This document shows, piece by piece, positions 51,990 through 63,169 of a stretch of DNA of 64,000 nt. This DNA comes from Isurus oxyrinchus (Eukaryota), in NCBI GenBank assembly GCA_026770705.1, contig JANJGN010000004.1:95790001-95854000 (forward strand), written 5' to 3'. Made by a program: the position numbers and the translations under genes. How positions within the stretch are numbered: the stretch's first letter is position 1; each line of letters begins with the position of its first letter. The notes under the pieces are model-generated. The model saw only the letters and a program-made list of their open reading frames with translations, ran no database searches and had not been told where the DNA came from.

Positions 51990-53869
51990 CACATGATGGT
52001 CTCGGGGGGGCAGGGATGGTGGGGTCTTGGTAAGTCACAAAGCAAGGTGCCTCAAGGTGGGGAGGAGTGAGGTCTACATGGGGCACTGAGACACCAATAC
52101 CAAACAGTTCAGGGGGAAGGACAGAGATATCAATGACAATCATGGTGGGACCAAGGAGCAGAAAATCCTGCCCTTAGTGGGGAAATGCAACACCTGGTAG
52201 ATCAGTAAAATTGTTGGTTTTGCCTGTGATTTGTGCTGTTAGATAACTCAGCTGGGCGGCCTTTTACGATTGCCACAAATCACTTCAGTGCATCAAGGCG
52301 AGGCAAAGGGGGAAAAAATCCCAAGTTTTGTGCACTCGTCAGTAAATCCACTTGGAAAGTGCACATGTGCAGAACATGGAACGAGTTGTCTGGAAAATTG
52401 TGACAAATATTCCCTACAGTAGGACTCTTGTTTTCATATAACATTGAAGGAAGAGATCTTTTCTTATCACTTCCTTCTTCCTACTGGCTCTACAAGTTTT
52501 GTTTGGTTCATTTGTCTCAGCCAGTGAAGGTCTATTTGTCTGCAACTAATATATCTAGTAGATGGATTTCAACAAAATGTGATAGGGTATGGCTCAAGGA
52601 AGAACTGATTAGTTTTTGAAAAAGATGCTGACCTGAATCCAGGTTCTGGAATTTTTCTAAAGGATTAGGATTAACATTGGGAGTTAGGGTGAATTTTCCT
52701 TTTCTTTTAGAACATTGTAGGTTGTTTTATTTAGAATATGGTTGATTGTTTTAGAATGTTATGGATCGTCTCAGCTGCTATGGTGAAATTTGTCACAGCT
52801 GTCAAAAAGTGAGCAGGATTTTCAGAGCAGATTGTTGGAACTTGATTGACCTGAAGCCTCCTCAGTGAGAAAGAAGCTCTTAATAAAAAATATTTCTTTT
52901 TTCATGTTTGTAGCGATAGAGCATCAGCCAGGCAGGAAAAAGTCTCAGAAAGAGCTACATAATTGTAATAACATTGAGTTACCACAGCATGGAGGAGGTA
53001 TGCCCTCTACTCAGTGCCATCTTGACTTGTTAAATTTATGTAATTGTGCGAATGTGCCAATTAATGAGCCAGCTTGACTTTGAAAGTTACTGTGGACTCA
53101 TTTGAAGAAATTCTGTCAGTCTAATATCATTAACTGGACCATCAGTAGCAAACTCGAGAAGTATTAAAATAAGAATAATCTAATCGATACAAGACAGACA
53201 TGGCTTTTTGGGGCTGGGGATTCTGTCCAACAAGCCTCTGTGACATTTTTTCAGGAAGGGACATCCATGATGAGAGTAAAAGAAAACTACATGAGGTCAC
53301 AGATTTGGATTTATATGAAAAATTCTTTGCGAGAGCTGCCCACTATTGCAGCTGAAAGTGAGAATTCCTAATAAAACCTATATGTGGACAAGAAAGGAAA
53401 GTGTTAAGCACTAGCTAGGGAAGTGATTCAGGATTGGGGCAAGTGCTGACTAGGATGTCACAGTGTTTTGTGTTCTCAACCCCTACTGTTTTAATCTGCA
53501 TTGAAGTCTTAGTTGCACAACCCAGTGCAAACTAGTCAATTTTGCAGCTGATGCTATACTAAGGGGGGCAATTGGGATGAATGGATCAGGCAGCTACAAA
53601 AGTAATCAAGTCATACCTGCATCTAGACAAATCAGTGGCAGATAAAATGTATTACATGTAGGAGAATGGGGCTAAACATTATCAGAGGATGTCCAAAAAA
53701 TACAAGGGACAGTGTAGAAATAGCTAAAGTGAAGCAAAAAGTATTCTAGACATGATGGAAATAAATACAAAGACTTGTATGACACCTTTCACGACTTCAG
53801 GGCATTCCCAAAGTGCTTTACAGCCAATTAAGTACTTACTGAAGTGAAGTCCCTGTTGTAATCATAGAT

Positions 53870-56800
53870 TAACTGTTGGATCTATCAGGATCACTGTGGG
53901 GCAACAAAAACAAATCAAATAGAATGCCTCATTTTACAATTACAGTATACAACAAAGGCATACCCAGCCCAGCTGACTTTGCAAAGTCCTCCTTTCTCAA
54001 ATCGGGGGATGAAATTGAGAAAGTTGTCCCTCAGACTAGTCAAGGAACAGGCTGGTATCATCTTATCACAGGATCGTGCATATTACTCAATGTCTCAGGC
54101 TCATCCATCATCATTCCTGGATATGTATGCGACACTGGTAGGACAGACCCAGCAGAGGTGGGGTTCATAGTGATATAGTCAGGTGGGAATGGCCCTGGTA
54201 GTTCTCAATATTGATTGTGGATCCCATGAAGCCTCTTTTTCCCTATTCTTTCATGAGATGGGGGCTTTTCTGGCATGGCCAGCATTTGTTGTGAGGAAGG
54301 ATATTCACCCAGAGACAGTGAAGGAATGGTAATATACTTCCAAGTTAGGATGGTGTGGCTTGGAGGGAAATTACAGGTGGTGGTGTTCCCATGCATCGGC
54401 TGCTTTTGTCCTTCTAGGTGGTAGAGATCACGGGTTTGGAAAGTGCGTCAAGGGAGCCTCGGAGAGTTGCTGCAGTGCATCCTGGTACACTCTGCTGCCA
54501 CTGTGCATCAGTGGTGGAGGGAGTGAATGTTTAAACATGGTGGATGGGGTGCCAATCAAGTGGGCTGCGGCTGGATAGTGTTGAGCTTTTTGAATGGTTG
54601 TTGGAGCTTCACTAATCCAGTCAAGTGGAGAATATCCCATTACATCCCTGACATGTGTAGATGGTTCGCAGAGTCAGGAGCTGAGTTACTCGCTTCAGAT
54701 TTCCCAGCATCTGAACTGTTCTTCTAGCCACAGTGTTTATATGGCTGGTCTGGTTCTGTTTCTGGTCAATGGTAACTTCCCAGCATGTTGTTAGTGGGGG
54801 ATTCAGAGATAGTAATGCCAATGAATATCAAAGGGAGATGGTTAGATTCTCTCTTGTTGGAGATGGCCATTGCCTGGCACTTGTGAGGCATAAATGTTTC
54901 TTGCCACTTATTAACACAAGCCTGAATGTTGTCCAGGTCTTGCTGCATATAGACATGGATTGCTTTAGGCTATGAGGAGTTGAGAATGGTACTGAATGCT
55001 GTACAATCCTCAGCAAACTTCTCACCTTATGATTAAAGGAAGGCCACTGATGAAGCATTGAAGATGGTTGGGCCTAGGACACTACCCTGAGGAACTCTTG
55101 CAGCGATGTCCTGGGACTGAGATGTTTGACCTCTAATGACCACGACCATCTTCCTTTGTGCTACGTATGACTCCAACCAGAGGAGAATTTTCCCCCTGAT
55201 TCCCATTGACTTCAATTTTGCTTAGACCCCTTGATTCTACACTTGGCCAAATGCTGCATTGATGTCAAGGGCAGTCACTCTCACCTCAACTCTTAAGTTC
55301 AGCTCTATTGTCCATGTTTGGACCAAGGCTGTAATGATGTCAGGAGACATGTGGCCCTGGTGAAACCTAAACTGAGCATCAGTGAGCAGGTTATTGCTGT
55401 GTAAGTGCTGCTTGATAGCACTGTCAATGACTCTTTTCATCACTTTGCTGATGATTGAGAGTAGACTGATGGGGCAGAAATTGGCCATATTGGATTTATC
55501 TTACTTTTTCTGGATAGGACATACCTGGCCCATTTTTCACATTGTCAGGTTGTGGCTGCACTGGAATAGCTTGGCTAGGGGCACAGCTAGCTCTGGAGCA
55601 CAAGTCTTCAGTACTATTGCCGAAATATTGTCAGGGCCTTTGCAGTATCCAGTGCCTTCAGCTGTTTCTTGATATCATGTGCAGTGAACCAAATTGACCG
55701 TGGATTGAAATCCTTAATGCTGGGGACTTCATGAGAAGGCCGAGATGAATCATCCACTCAGTATTTATGGCTGAAGGTGCTTACAAATGCTTTAGCCTCG
55801 TCTTTTGCACTGATGTGCTGGGCTCCCCCATCATTGAGGATGGGGATATTTGTGCAGCATCCTTCTCTAATTTGTTGTTTAATTGTCCACCAACTAGATG
55901 TGGCAGGACTGCAGGGCTTAGATCTGAACCATTGGTTGTGGGATCACATAGCTCTATCTAGCACATGATATCTCTGCTGTTTGGCATGTGGTCCTGTGGT
56001 TATTACTTTACCAGGCTGACAGATATCTCAACTTTAGGTATAATGGGTGCTGCTCTTGACATGCCCTCCTGAACTCTTCATTGAACCAGAGTTGATCCCT
56101 TGGCTTCAGGTCAAACACAGGAAAGGAAACCTACTGATTACCAACTGCTTTCCATCCTCAACCAATAATTCAATGCCCCTCCATGTTGAACATTAATCAA
56201 GGAAGCACTGAGGGTGGCAAGGTCACAAGGTGGGGGCCATCATTGTCCATCACCAAGACTCACTTGGTAGTACCACCCATGGCCAGGTCCTGAAGGACAT
56301 AGCTGCCAGATTGGGCTTGCGGTAGGTAGCAAGTGGACCCGCATGAAGGAATAATATATTTGACCTCATCGTCACCAATCTACCTGTCACAGAAAAATCT
56401 GTCCATAACAGCATTGGTGGTAGTGATCATAACACAATCTTTCTAGAGACAGACTCTCATCTTTACACTGAGATTATTATGTTGTTTGGCACTATCAGTG
56501 TGCTAAATGAGGTATGTTAGCACCAGATCTAGCAGCTTAAAACTTAACATCCATGAGAAATTGTGGGCCACCTGAAACAGCAGAATTGTATTCCCTCATC
56601 ATTCATACTTCACAGCCTAGCATATACATCACTCCTCCATTACCCTGAAGCCAGACGACCTGCTTCTGATTCAGCAGGAGTGTAAGAGAGCATACCCTGA
56701 GGAACACCAGGCATGCATAAAAATGAGTTACCAACTTGGTTGTGCTGCAGGATTACATGCAATCTGAACAATGGACAAAGCATGCTACAGACAAATCTAA

Positions 56801-57625
56801 ACAGCCTCATAACCAATTGACCAGGTCAAGCTCTGCAGTCCTAACATATCTGGAGGCAACTGATAGTGGACAATTAAATAAGTAAATGGAGGAGGAGGCT
56901 CCATAAACATTCTCATCCTCAGTGATGGCAGAATCCAACACAAGGGTGCAAAGACAAGGCTGAAACAATCACAGTCACCAATGGCCAGGAGTGCTGAGTG
57001 CATGATCCTCTTGCCCTTCTTCTGAAATCCCCACCATCACATATTCCAATCTTTAGCCAATTCAATTTACACCACGTTATCAAGAAATGGCTGAGTGCAT
57101 TGAACACAGCAACTGCTACGGATCCTGACAACATCACAACTATAGTACCCCATAACTGGCCACACCCCTGGCCAAGCTGTTCCAGTACAGCTACAACACT
57201 GGTATCTACCCAACAATGTGGAAAATTGCTCAGGTATGTCTTGTTCACAAAAAGCAGGACAATCCAATCCAGGGATTATCAGTTCATCACACTATTCTCT
57301 CTCATTGGCAAATTGCTGGAAGATGTTGCTGACAGTGCTATCAAGCAGCACTTACTAACCAATAACCTGCTCACCAAAGTTCAGTTTGGGTTCTGCCAGG
57401 ACCACTCCACTCCAGATCTTATTACAGCCTTCGATCCAAAAATTGACAGAAGAGCTGCATTCCAGAGGTGAGATGAGAATGATTATCCTTGACATCAAGG
57501 AAGCATTTGACTGAGTGTGGCACCAAGGAACTTCAGAAAAACTAAAGTCAATGGGGATCATGGGGGAAATTCTTTACTGGTTGGAGTCATACCTAGCACA
57601 GAGGAAGATGGTTGCTGTTGTTGGA
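53870..57625 (+). mobile_element. CR1/L2-group LINE ORF2 (EN to RT), interrupted at ~54238-56100 by an opposite-strand copy of the same family
   Basis: EN motifs (IIIPGYV, DLIVTNL, IGGSDH) and RT motifs (QFGFCQDHS, DIKEAFD.VWHQG). Sequence gaagcctc (54237) continues at tggcttcaggtcaaac (56101). Confidence 0.75.
54238..56100 (-). mobile_element. 5'-truncated CR1/L2-group LINE (RT plus 3' tail), nested
   Basis: NFCPISLLSIISKVM, QFRFHQGH, VPQGSVLGP on minus; 3' tail near 54238. Confidence 0.8.
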
Positions 57626-58444
57626 AGTAAGTGTGTTTTACAGTGCTTTAAAATGTCTACTCTTTGCTCCAGCTCTGGCTTCCGGCTGTTTCTACACCTT
57701 ATTTACTTTACCACGAGTCCACACCCAGGCTTAACTAATTAAGCCCAATGAGCATAAATCAGTCAACAGACACACATAATCAAACACAGAACAGTAAAAC
57801 CATTGAACACTATATTCTCCATGTTCCTTGACATTGAACACAAGCTTCCTGACAGGCCTCTGAATGTACCAAGCATTTTGGTTTGCATACTTACCAGTCT
57901 TGTTCTGTAGCCTGGCTCATTAATACCCTCATCTGGATCCTCCACAGCAGAACTAGTGTGTAACTTCACCCTCTGGCAAGCTGACACCTGGTCTATCCTT
58001 GCCCCTTGCCCTGGTTGCAGTGCACTCGTACTTCATGTCTTACCAAGTGGGGATCCTAAATGTAAGCTTAAAATCCTCTTAAAATATGCACAATGTCAGT
58101 ATCTGATCTGGTGGCTGCAAACGTGAAATCAAACAATTATGCATCTTCATCATCTTTACTCATTTTTTAATGTTCCTCCACTACCTCACCAAGTTGCCAT
58201 GTTAATTCCAATAATTGTATGTTGAGGAAGAATGAGTCTGAAATTAGCCTGTACCTTAAAACAGACTTATTTCCAAGATAGCAAAGCAAAGTCACAGATT
58301 CTCCCAGACACTCAGAATGAACTGATTTATATACTCTCACAATGATTCCCTAATCCTTCCCAATTGGGGACAGCTGTGCTTAATTGCCAGTTTAAAGCAT
58401 GCATTTCATTGCAACACAAATTCAACATTAACACGCAGTTCTTG

Positions 58445-59004
58445 AATACAAACAGAAAATGCTGGAACTACTCAACAGGCTATGGCAGCAACTGTGGAGA
58501 GAAACAGTTAACATTTCAGGTCTGTGAACTTACCTCAGAACAGGAAAAAGTTAGAGATGTAACAGGTTTTGAGCAAGGGGTGGGTGGGACAAGGACAAAA
58601 GGAAGGTCTGTGATAGGGTGAAAGCTGGAGAGATTGAAAGGCAGAAGAGTTAATCCTCCTGGGAAAAAGAGGGTGGCGATAGGGCAAGAAAAGAAATAAA
58701 ATGATATGCCTAGAGCCGGTGTGCTACTGACTGAACAAAAACGAAACAAGGAAGGCAAAGGAAACAAAACGGAGCACAGATTATGGTTGGAAATTATTGA
58801 ACTCAAAGTTGAGTCCTGAAAGGTGTAAAGTGTCTACTTGAAAGATGAGGTGCTGTTCCTCAAATTTACATTGAGCTTCACTGGAACAGTACAGCAGGCC
58901 AAGGACGGAGATGTCAGCATGAGAGCAAGGTGGAGAATTAAAATGACAGTTCACCGGAAGCTCGGGGTCATGCTTGCAGATTGAACTGGGGTGTTCCACA
59001 AAGT
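58445..59004 (-). mobile_element. Older, diverged Penelope-like element, 3' part; continues at 63035-63140
   Basis: KHDPELPVNCHFNSPPCSHADISVLGLL..EEQHLIF. The upstream LYIGETKCELGDHFVEH lies at ~63035-63095. Degenerate hammerhead remnant at ~58505-58540. Confidence 0.85.
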
Positions 59005-59101
59005 TAAAAACAAAAAAACTGCAGATGCTGGAAATCCAAAACAAAAACAGAATTACCTGGAAAAACTCAGCAGGTATGGCAGCATCGGCGGAGAAGAAAA
59101 G

Positions 59102-59140
59102 AGTTGACGTTTCGAGTCCTCATGACCCTTCGACAGAACT
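59102..59140 (-). ncRNA. Minimal type I hammerhead ribozyme motif
   Basis: Identical motif to 15636-15674. Confidence 0.65.
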
Positions 59141-59460
59141 TGAGTTCGAGTCCAAGAAAGAGTTGAAATATAAGCTGGTTTAAGGTGTGTGTGTGGGGGG
59201 CGGAGAGATAGAGAGAGAGAGAGAGAGAGAGGTGGTGGGGGGGTGGTTGTGGTTATATGGACAAACAAGCAGTGATAGAAGCAGATCATCAAAAGATGTC
59301 AACGACAATAGTACAATAGAACACATAGGTGTTAAAGTTAAAGTTGGTGATATTATCTAAACGAATGTGCTAATTAAGAATGGATGGTAGGGCACTCAAG
59401 GTATAGCTCTAGTGGGGGTGTTTTTTGTTATAATGGAAATAGGTGGGAAAAGGAAAATCT

Positions 59461-61455
59461 TTATAATTTATTGGAAACAAAAAGGAAGGGGAAAACAGAA
59501 AGGGGGTGGGGATGGGGGAGGGAGTTGTTGAATTCAATATTCAGTCCGGAAGGCTGTAAGGTGCCTAGTCGGAAGATGAGGTGTTGTTCCTCCAGTTTGC
59601 GTTGGGCTTCACTGGAACAATGCAGCAAGCCAAGGACAGACATGTGGGCAAGAGAGCAGAGTGGAGTGTTAAAATGGCAAGCGACAGGGAGGTTTGGGTC
59701 ATTCTTGCGCTCAGACCACAGGTGTTCTGCAAAGCGGTCGCCCAGTTTACGTTTGGTCTCTCCAATGTAGAGGAGACCACATTGGGAGCAACGAATGCAG
59801 TAGACTAAGTTGGGGGAAATGCAAGTGAAATGCTGCTTCACTTGAAAGGAGTGTTTGGGCCCTTGGACGGTGAGGAGAGAGGAAGTGAAGGGGCAGGTGT
59901 TACATCTTTTGCGTGGGCATGGGGTGGTGCCATAGGAGGGGGTTGAGGAGTAGGGGGTGATGGAGGAGTGGACCAGGGTGTCCCGGAGGGAGCGATCCCT
60001 ACGGAATGCCGATAAGGGGGGTGAAGGGAAGATGTGTTTGGTGGTGGCATCATGCTGGAGTTGGTGGAAATGGCGGAGGATGATCCTTTGAATGCAGAGA
60101 CTGGTGGGGTGATAAGTGAGGACAAGGGGGACCCTATCATGTTTCTGGGAGGGAGGAGAAGGCGTGAGGGCGGATGCGCGGGAGGTGGGCCGGACACAGT
60201 TGAGGGCCCTGTCAACGACCGTGGGTGGAAAACCTCGGTTAAGGAAGAAGGAGGACATGTCAGAGGAACTGTTTTTGAAGGTAGCATCATCGGAACAGAT
60301 GCGACGAAGGCGAAGGAACTGGGAGAATGGGATGGAGTCCTTACAGGATGCGGGGTGTGAGGAGCTGTAGTCGAGGTAGCTGTGGGAGTCGGTGGGTTTG
60401 TAATGGATATTGGTGGACAGTCTATCAACAGAGATTGAGACAGAGAGGTCAAGGAAGGGAAGGGAAGTGTCAGAGATGGACCACGTGAAAATGATGGAGA
60501 GGTAGAGATTGGAAGCAAAATTAATAAATTTTTCCAAGTCCCGACGAGAGCATGAAGCGGCACCGAAGTAATCATCGATGTACTGGAGAAAAAGTTGTGG
60601 AAGGGGGCCGGAGTAGGACTGCAACAAGGAATGTTCCACATACCCCATAAAGAGACAGGCATAGCTGGGGCCCATGCGGGTACCCATAGGCACACCTTTT
60701 ATTTGGAGGAAGTGAGAGGAGTTGAAGGAGAAATTGTTCAGCGTGAGAACAAGTTCAGCCAGACGGAGGAGAGTAGTGGTGGATGGGGATTGTTCGGGCC
60801 TCTGTTCGAGGAAGAAGCTAAGGGCCCTCAGACCATCCTGGTGGGGGATAGAGGTGTAGAGGGATTGGACATCCATGGTGAAGAACAAGCAGTTGGGGCC
60901 AGGGAACTGGAAATTGTTGATGTGACATAAGGTGTCAGAGGAATCACTGATGGAGGTGGGAACGGACTGGACAAGGGGAGAGAGAAGGGAGTCAAGATAA
61001 CGAGAAATGAGTTCCATGGGGCAGGAGCAAGCTGAGACGATCGGTCTACCGGGGCAGTTCTGTTTGTGGATTTTGGGTAGGAGATAGAAGCAGGCCGTCC
61101 GAGGTTGGGCGACTATCAGGTTGGAAGCTGTGGGAGGGAGATCCCCAGAGGAGATGAGGTCAGTGACAGTCCTGGAAACAATGGCTTGATGTTCAGTGGT
61201 GGGGTCATGGTCCAGGGAGAGGTAGGAGGAAGTGTCTGCGAGTTGACGCTCAGCCTCCGCGAGGTAGAGGTCAGTGCGCCAGACAACAACAGCACCACCC
61301 TTGTCAGCGGGTTTGATGACAATGTCAGGGTTGGACCTGAGAGAATGGAGCGCAGTAAGTTCAGAGAGAGACAGGTTAGAATGGGTGAGAGGAGCAGAGA
61401 AATTGAGGCGACTAATGTCGCGCCGACAGTTCTCAATAAAAAGATCGAGAGAAGA
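59461..61455 (-). CDS. Penelope-like RT plus GIY-YIG endonuclease, 5'-truncated but uninterrupted frame
   Basis: KPADKGGAVV, YLLPKIHK, GRPIVS, MDVQSLYTSIP, GVPMG, YIDD, FLDL; linker CPRKRCNTC; NLVYCIRCSQCGLLYIGET. The native stop is removed by a 14-bp deletion near 59524. No native start codon. Confidence 0.85.
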   Translation of the reverse strand, partial: SSLDLFIENCRRDISRLNFSAPLTHSNLSLSELTALHSLRSNPDIVIKPADKGGAVVVWRTDLYLAEAERQLADTSSYLSLDHDPTTEHQAIVSRTVTDLISSGDLPPTASNLIVAQPRTACFYLLPKIHKQNCPGRPIVSACSCPMELISRYLDSLLSPLVQSVPTSISDSSDTLCHINNFQFPGPNCLFFTMDVQSLYTSIPHQDGLRALSFFLEQRPEQSPSTTTLLRLAELVLTLNNFSFNSSHFLQIKGVPMGTRMGPSYACLFMGYVEHSLLQSYSGPLPQLFLQYIDDYFGAASCSRRDLEKFINFASNLYLSIIFTWSISDTSLPFLDLSVSISVDRLSTNIHYKPTDSHSYLDYSSSHPASCKDSIPFSQFLRLRRICSDDATFKNSSSDMSSFFLNRGFPPTVVDRALNCVRPTSRASALTPSPPSQKHDRVPLVLTYHPTSLCIQRIILRHFHQLQHDATTKHIFPSPPLSAFRRDRSLRDTLVHSSITPYSSTPSYGTTPCPRKRCNTCPFTSSLLTVQGPKHSFQVKQHFTCISPNLVYCIRCSQCGLLYIGETKRKLGDRFAEHLWSERKNDPNLPVACHFNTPLCSLAHMSVLGLLHCSSEAQRKLEEQHLIFRLGTLQPSGLNIEFNNSLPHPHPLSVFPFLFVSNKL

Positions 61456-62573
61456 TCCTTGTTGCAGTCCTACTCCGTCCCCTTCCACAACTTTTTCTCC
61501 GGTACATCGATGATTATTTCGGTGCCGCTTCATGCTCTCGTCGGGACTTGGAAAAATTTATTAATTTTGCTTCCAATCTCTACCTCTCCATCATTTTCAC
61601 GTGGTCCATCTCTGACACTTCCCTTCCCTTCCTTGACCTCTCTGTCTCAATCTCTGTTGATAGACTGTCCACCAATATCCATTACAAACCCACCAACTTC
61701 CACAGCTACCTCGACTACAGCTCCTCACACCCCGCATCCTGTAAGGACTCCATCCCATTCTCGCAGTTCCTTCACCTCCGTCGCATCTGTTCCGATGATG
61801 CTACCTTCAAAAACAGTTCCTCTGACATGTCCTCCTTCTTCCTTAACCGAGGTTTTCCACCCACGGTCGTTGACAGGGCCCTCAACCGTGTCCGGCCCAT
61901 CTCCCGCGCATCCGCCCTCACGCCTTCTCCTCCCTCCCAGAAACATGATGGGGTCCCCCTTGTCCTCACTTATCACCCCACCAGCCTCCGCATTCAAAGG
62001 ATCATCCTCCGCCATTTCCGCCAACTCCAGCATGATGCCACCACCAAACACATCTTCCCTTCACCCCCTTTATCGGCATTCCGTAGGGATCGCTCCCTCC
62101 GGGACACCTTGGTCCACTCCTCCATCACCCCTTACTCCTAAACCCCCTCCTATGGCACCACCCCATGCCCACGCAAAAGATGTAACACCTGCCCCTTCAC
62201 TTCCTCTCTCCTCACCGTCCAAGGGCCCAAACACTCCTTTCAAGTGAAGCAGCATTTCACTTGCATTTCCCCCAACTTAGTCTACTGCATTCGTTGCTCC
62301 CAATGTGGTCTCCTCTACATTGGAGAGACCAAACGTAAACTGGGCGACCGCTTTGCAGAACACCTGTGGTCTGTCCGCAAGAATGACCCAAACCTCCCTG
62401 TCGCTTGCCATTTTAACACTCCACCCTGCTCTCTTGCCCACATGTCTGTCCTTGGCTTGCTGCATTGTTCCAGTGAAGCCCAACGCAAACTGGAGGAACA
62501 ACACCTCATCTTCCGACTAGGCACCTTACAGCCTTCCGGACTGAATATTGAATTCAACAACTTTAGGTCGTGA
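61456..62573 (+). pseudogene. Penelope RT C-terminus plus GIY-YIG in the inverted arm, with one nonsense codon (TAA 62139-62141)
   Basis: Same protein as the minus arm; retains the native end FNNFRS-stop. Confidence 0.85.
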
Positions 62574-62981
62574 GCTCCCTCCCCCATCCCCACCCCCTTT
62601 CTGTTTTCCCCTTCCTTTTTTTTTCCAATAAATTATAAAGATTTTCCTTTTCCCACCTATTTCCATTATATAAAAAAAAATTTAAAAAAAATTAAAAAAA
62701 ACACCCCCACTAGAGCTATACCTTGAGTGCCCTACCATCCATTCTTAATTAGCACATTCGTTTAGATAATATCACCAACTTTAACTTTAACACCTATGTG
62801 TTCTATTGTACTATTGTCGTTGACATCTTTTGATGATCTGCTTCTATCACTGCTTGTTTGTCCATATAACCACAACCACCCCCCCACCACCTCTCTCTCT
62901 CTCTCTCTCTCTATCTCTCCGCCCCCCACACACACACCTTAAACCAGCTTATATTTCAACTCTTTCTTGGACTCGAACTCA

Positions 62982-63020
62982 AGTTCTGTCGAAGGGTCAT
63001 GAGGACTCGAAACGTCAACT
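62982..63020 (+). ncRNA. Minimal type I hammerhead ribozyme motif
   Basis: AGTT CTGTCGA A GGGTC ATGAG GACTC GAA ACGT C AACT; predicted cleavage after C63016. Confidence 0.65.
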
Positions 63021-63034
63021 CTTTTCTTCTCCGC

Positions 63035-63140
63035 TGTTCCACAAAGTGGTCACCCAATTCACATTTGGTCTCCCCAATGTAGAGGAAAGCTAACTGTGAG
63101 CAGTGATTGCACTAGACTACTAAATTGAAGGAAGTTCTTG
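63035..63140 (-). mobile_element. Remainder of the older Penelope copy (GIY-YIG)
   Basis: Minus translation NLV..NHCSQLAFLYIGETKCELGDHFVEH joins 58781-59004 across the TSD. Confidence 0.8.
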
Positions 63141-63169
63141 GATATTTGAAAGGATAAAGGCACAAGGGT

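Larger units (their letters stand above)
45860..52173. mobile_element. Probable Harbinger-like non-autonomous element hosting the Tx1 insertion
   Basis: Right terminus GAAAATCCTGCCC followed by TTA. GC-rich sequence on both sides of the Tx1 TSD. Left terminus is poorly defined. Confidence 0.35.
59005..63034. mobile_element. Young Penelope-like (Neptune-type) insertion with head-to-head inverted structure: minus arm 59005-61455, plus arm 61456-63034
   Basis: 13-bp TSD TGTTCCACAAAGT (58992-59004, 63035-63047). 61456-63034 is the reverse complement of ~59086-60630. Confidence 0.95.

Noticed and set aside
61456-61533. N-terminal 26 aa and start codon of the 690-aa ORF 59461..61533
   Set aside because: They come from the antisense of the inverted arm across the 61455/61456 junction, so this is not the native Penelope start.
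59838-62247. Long Pro/Ser-rich ORFs (285 aa, 380 aa; also 187 aa at 16383-16946) as novel overlapping genes
   Set aside because: Alternate frames of the C-rich Penelope coding strand; low complexity, no recognisable motifs, and chimeric starts.
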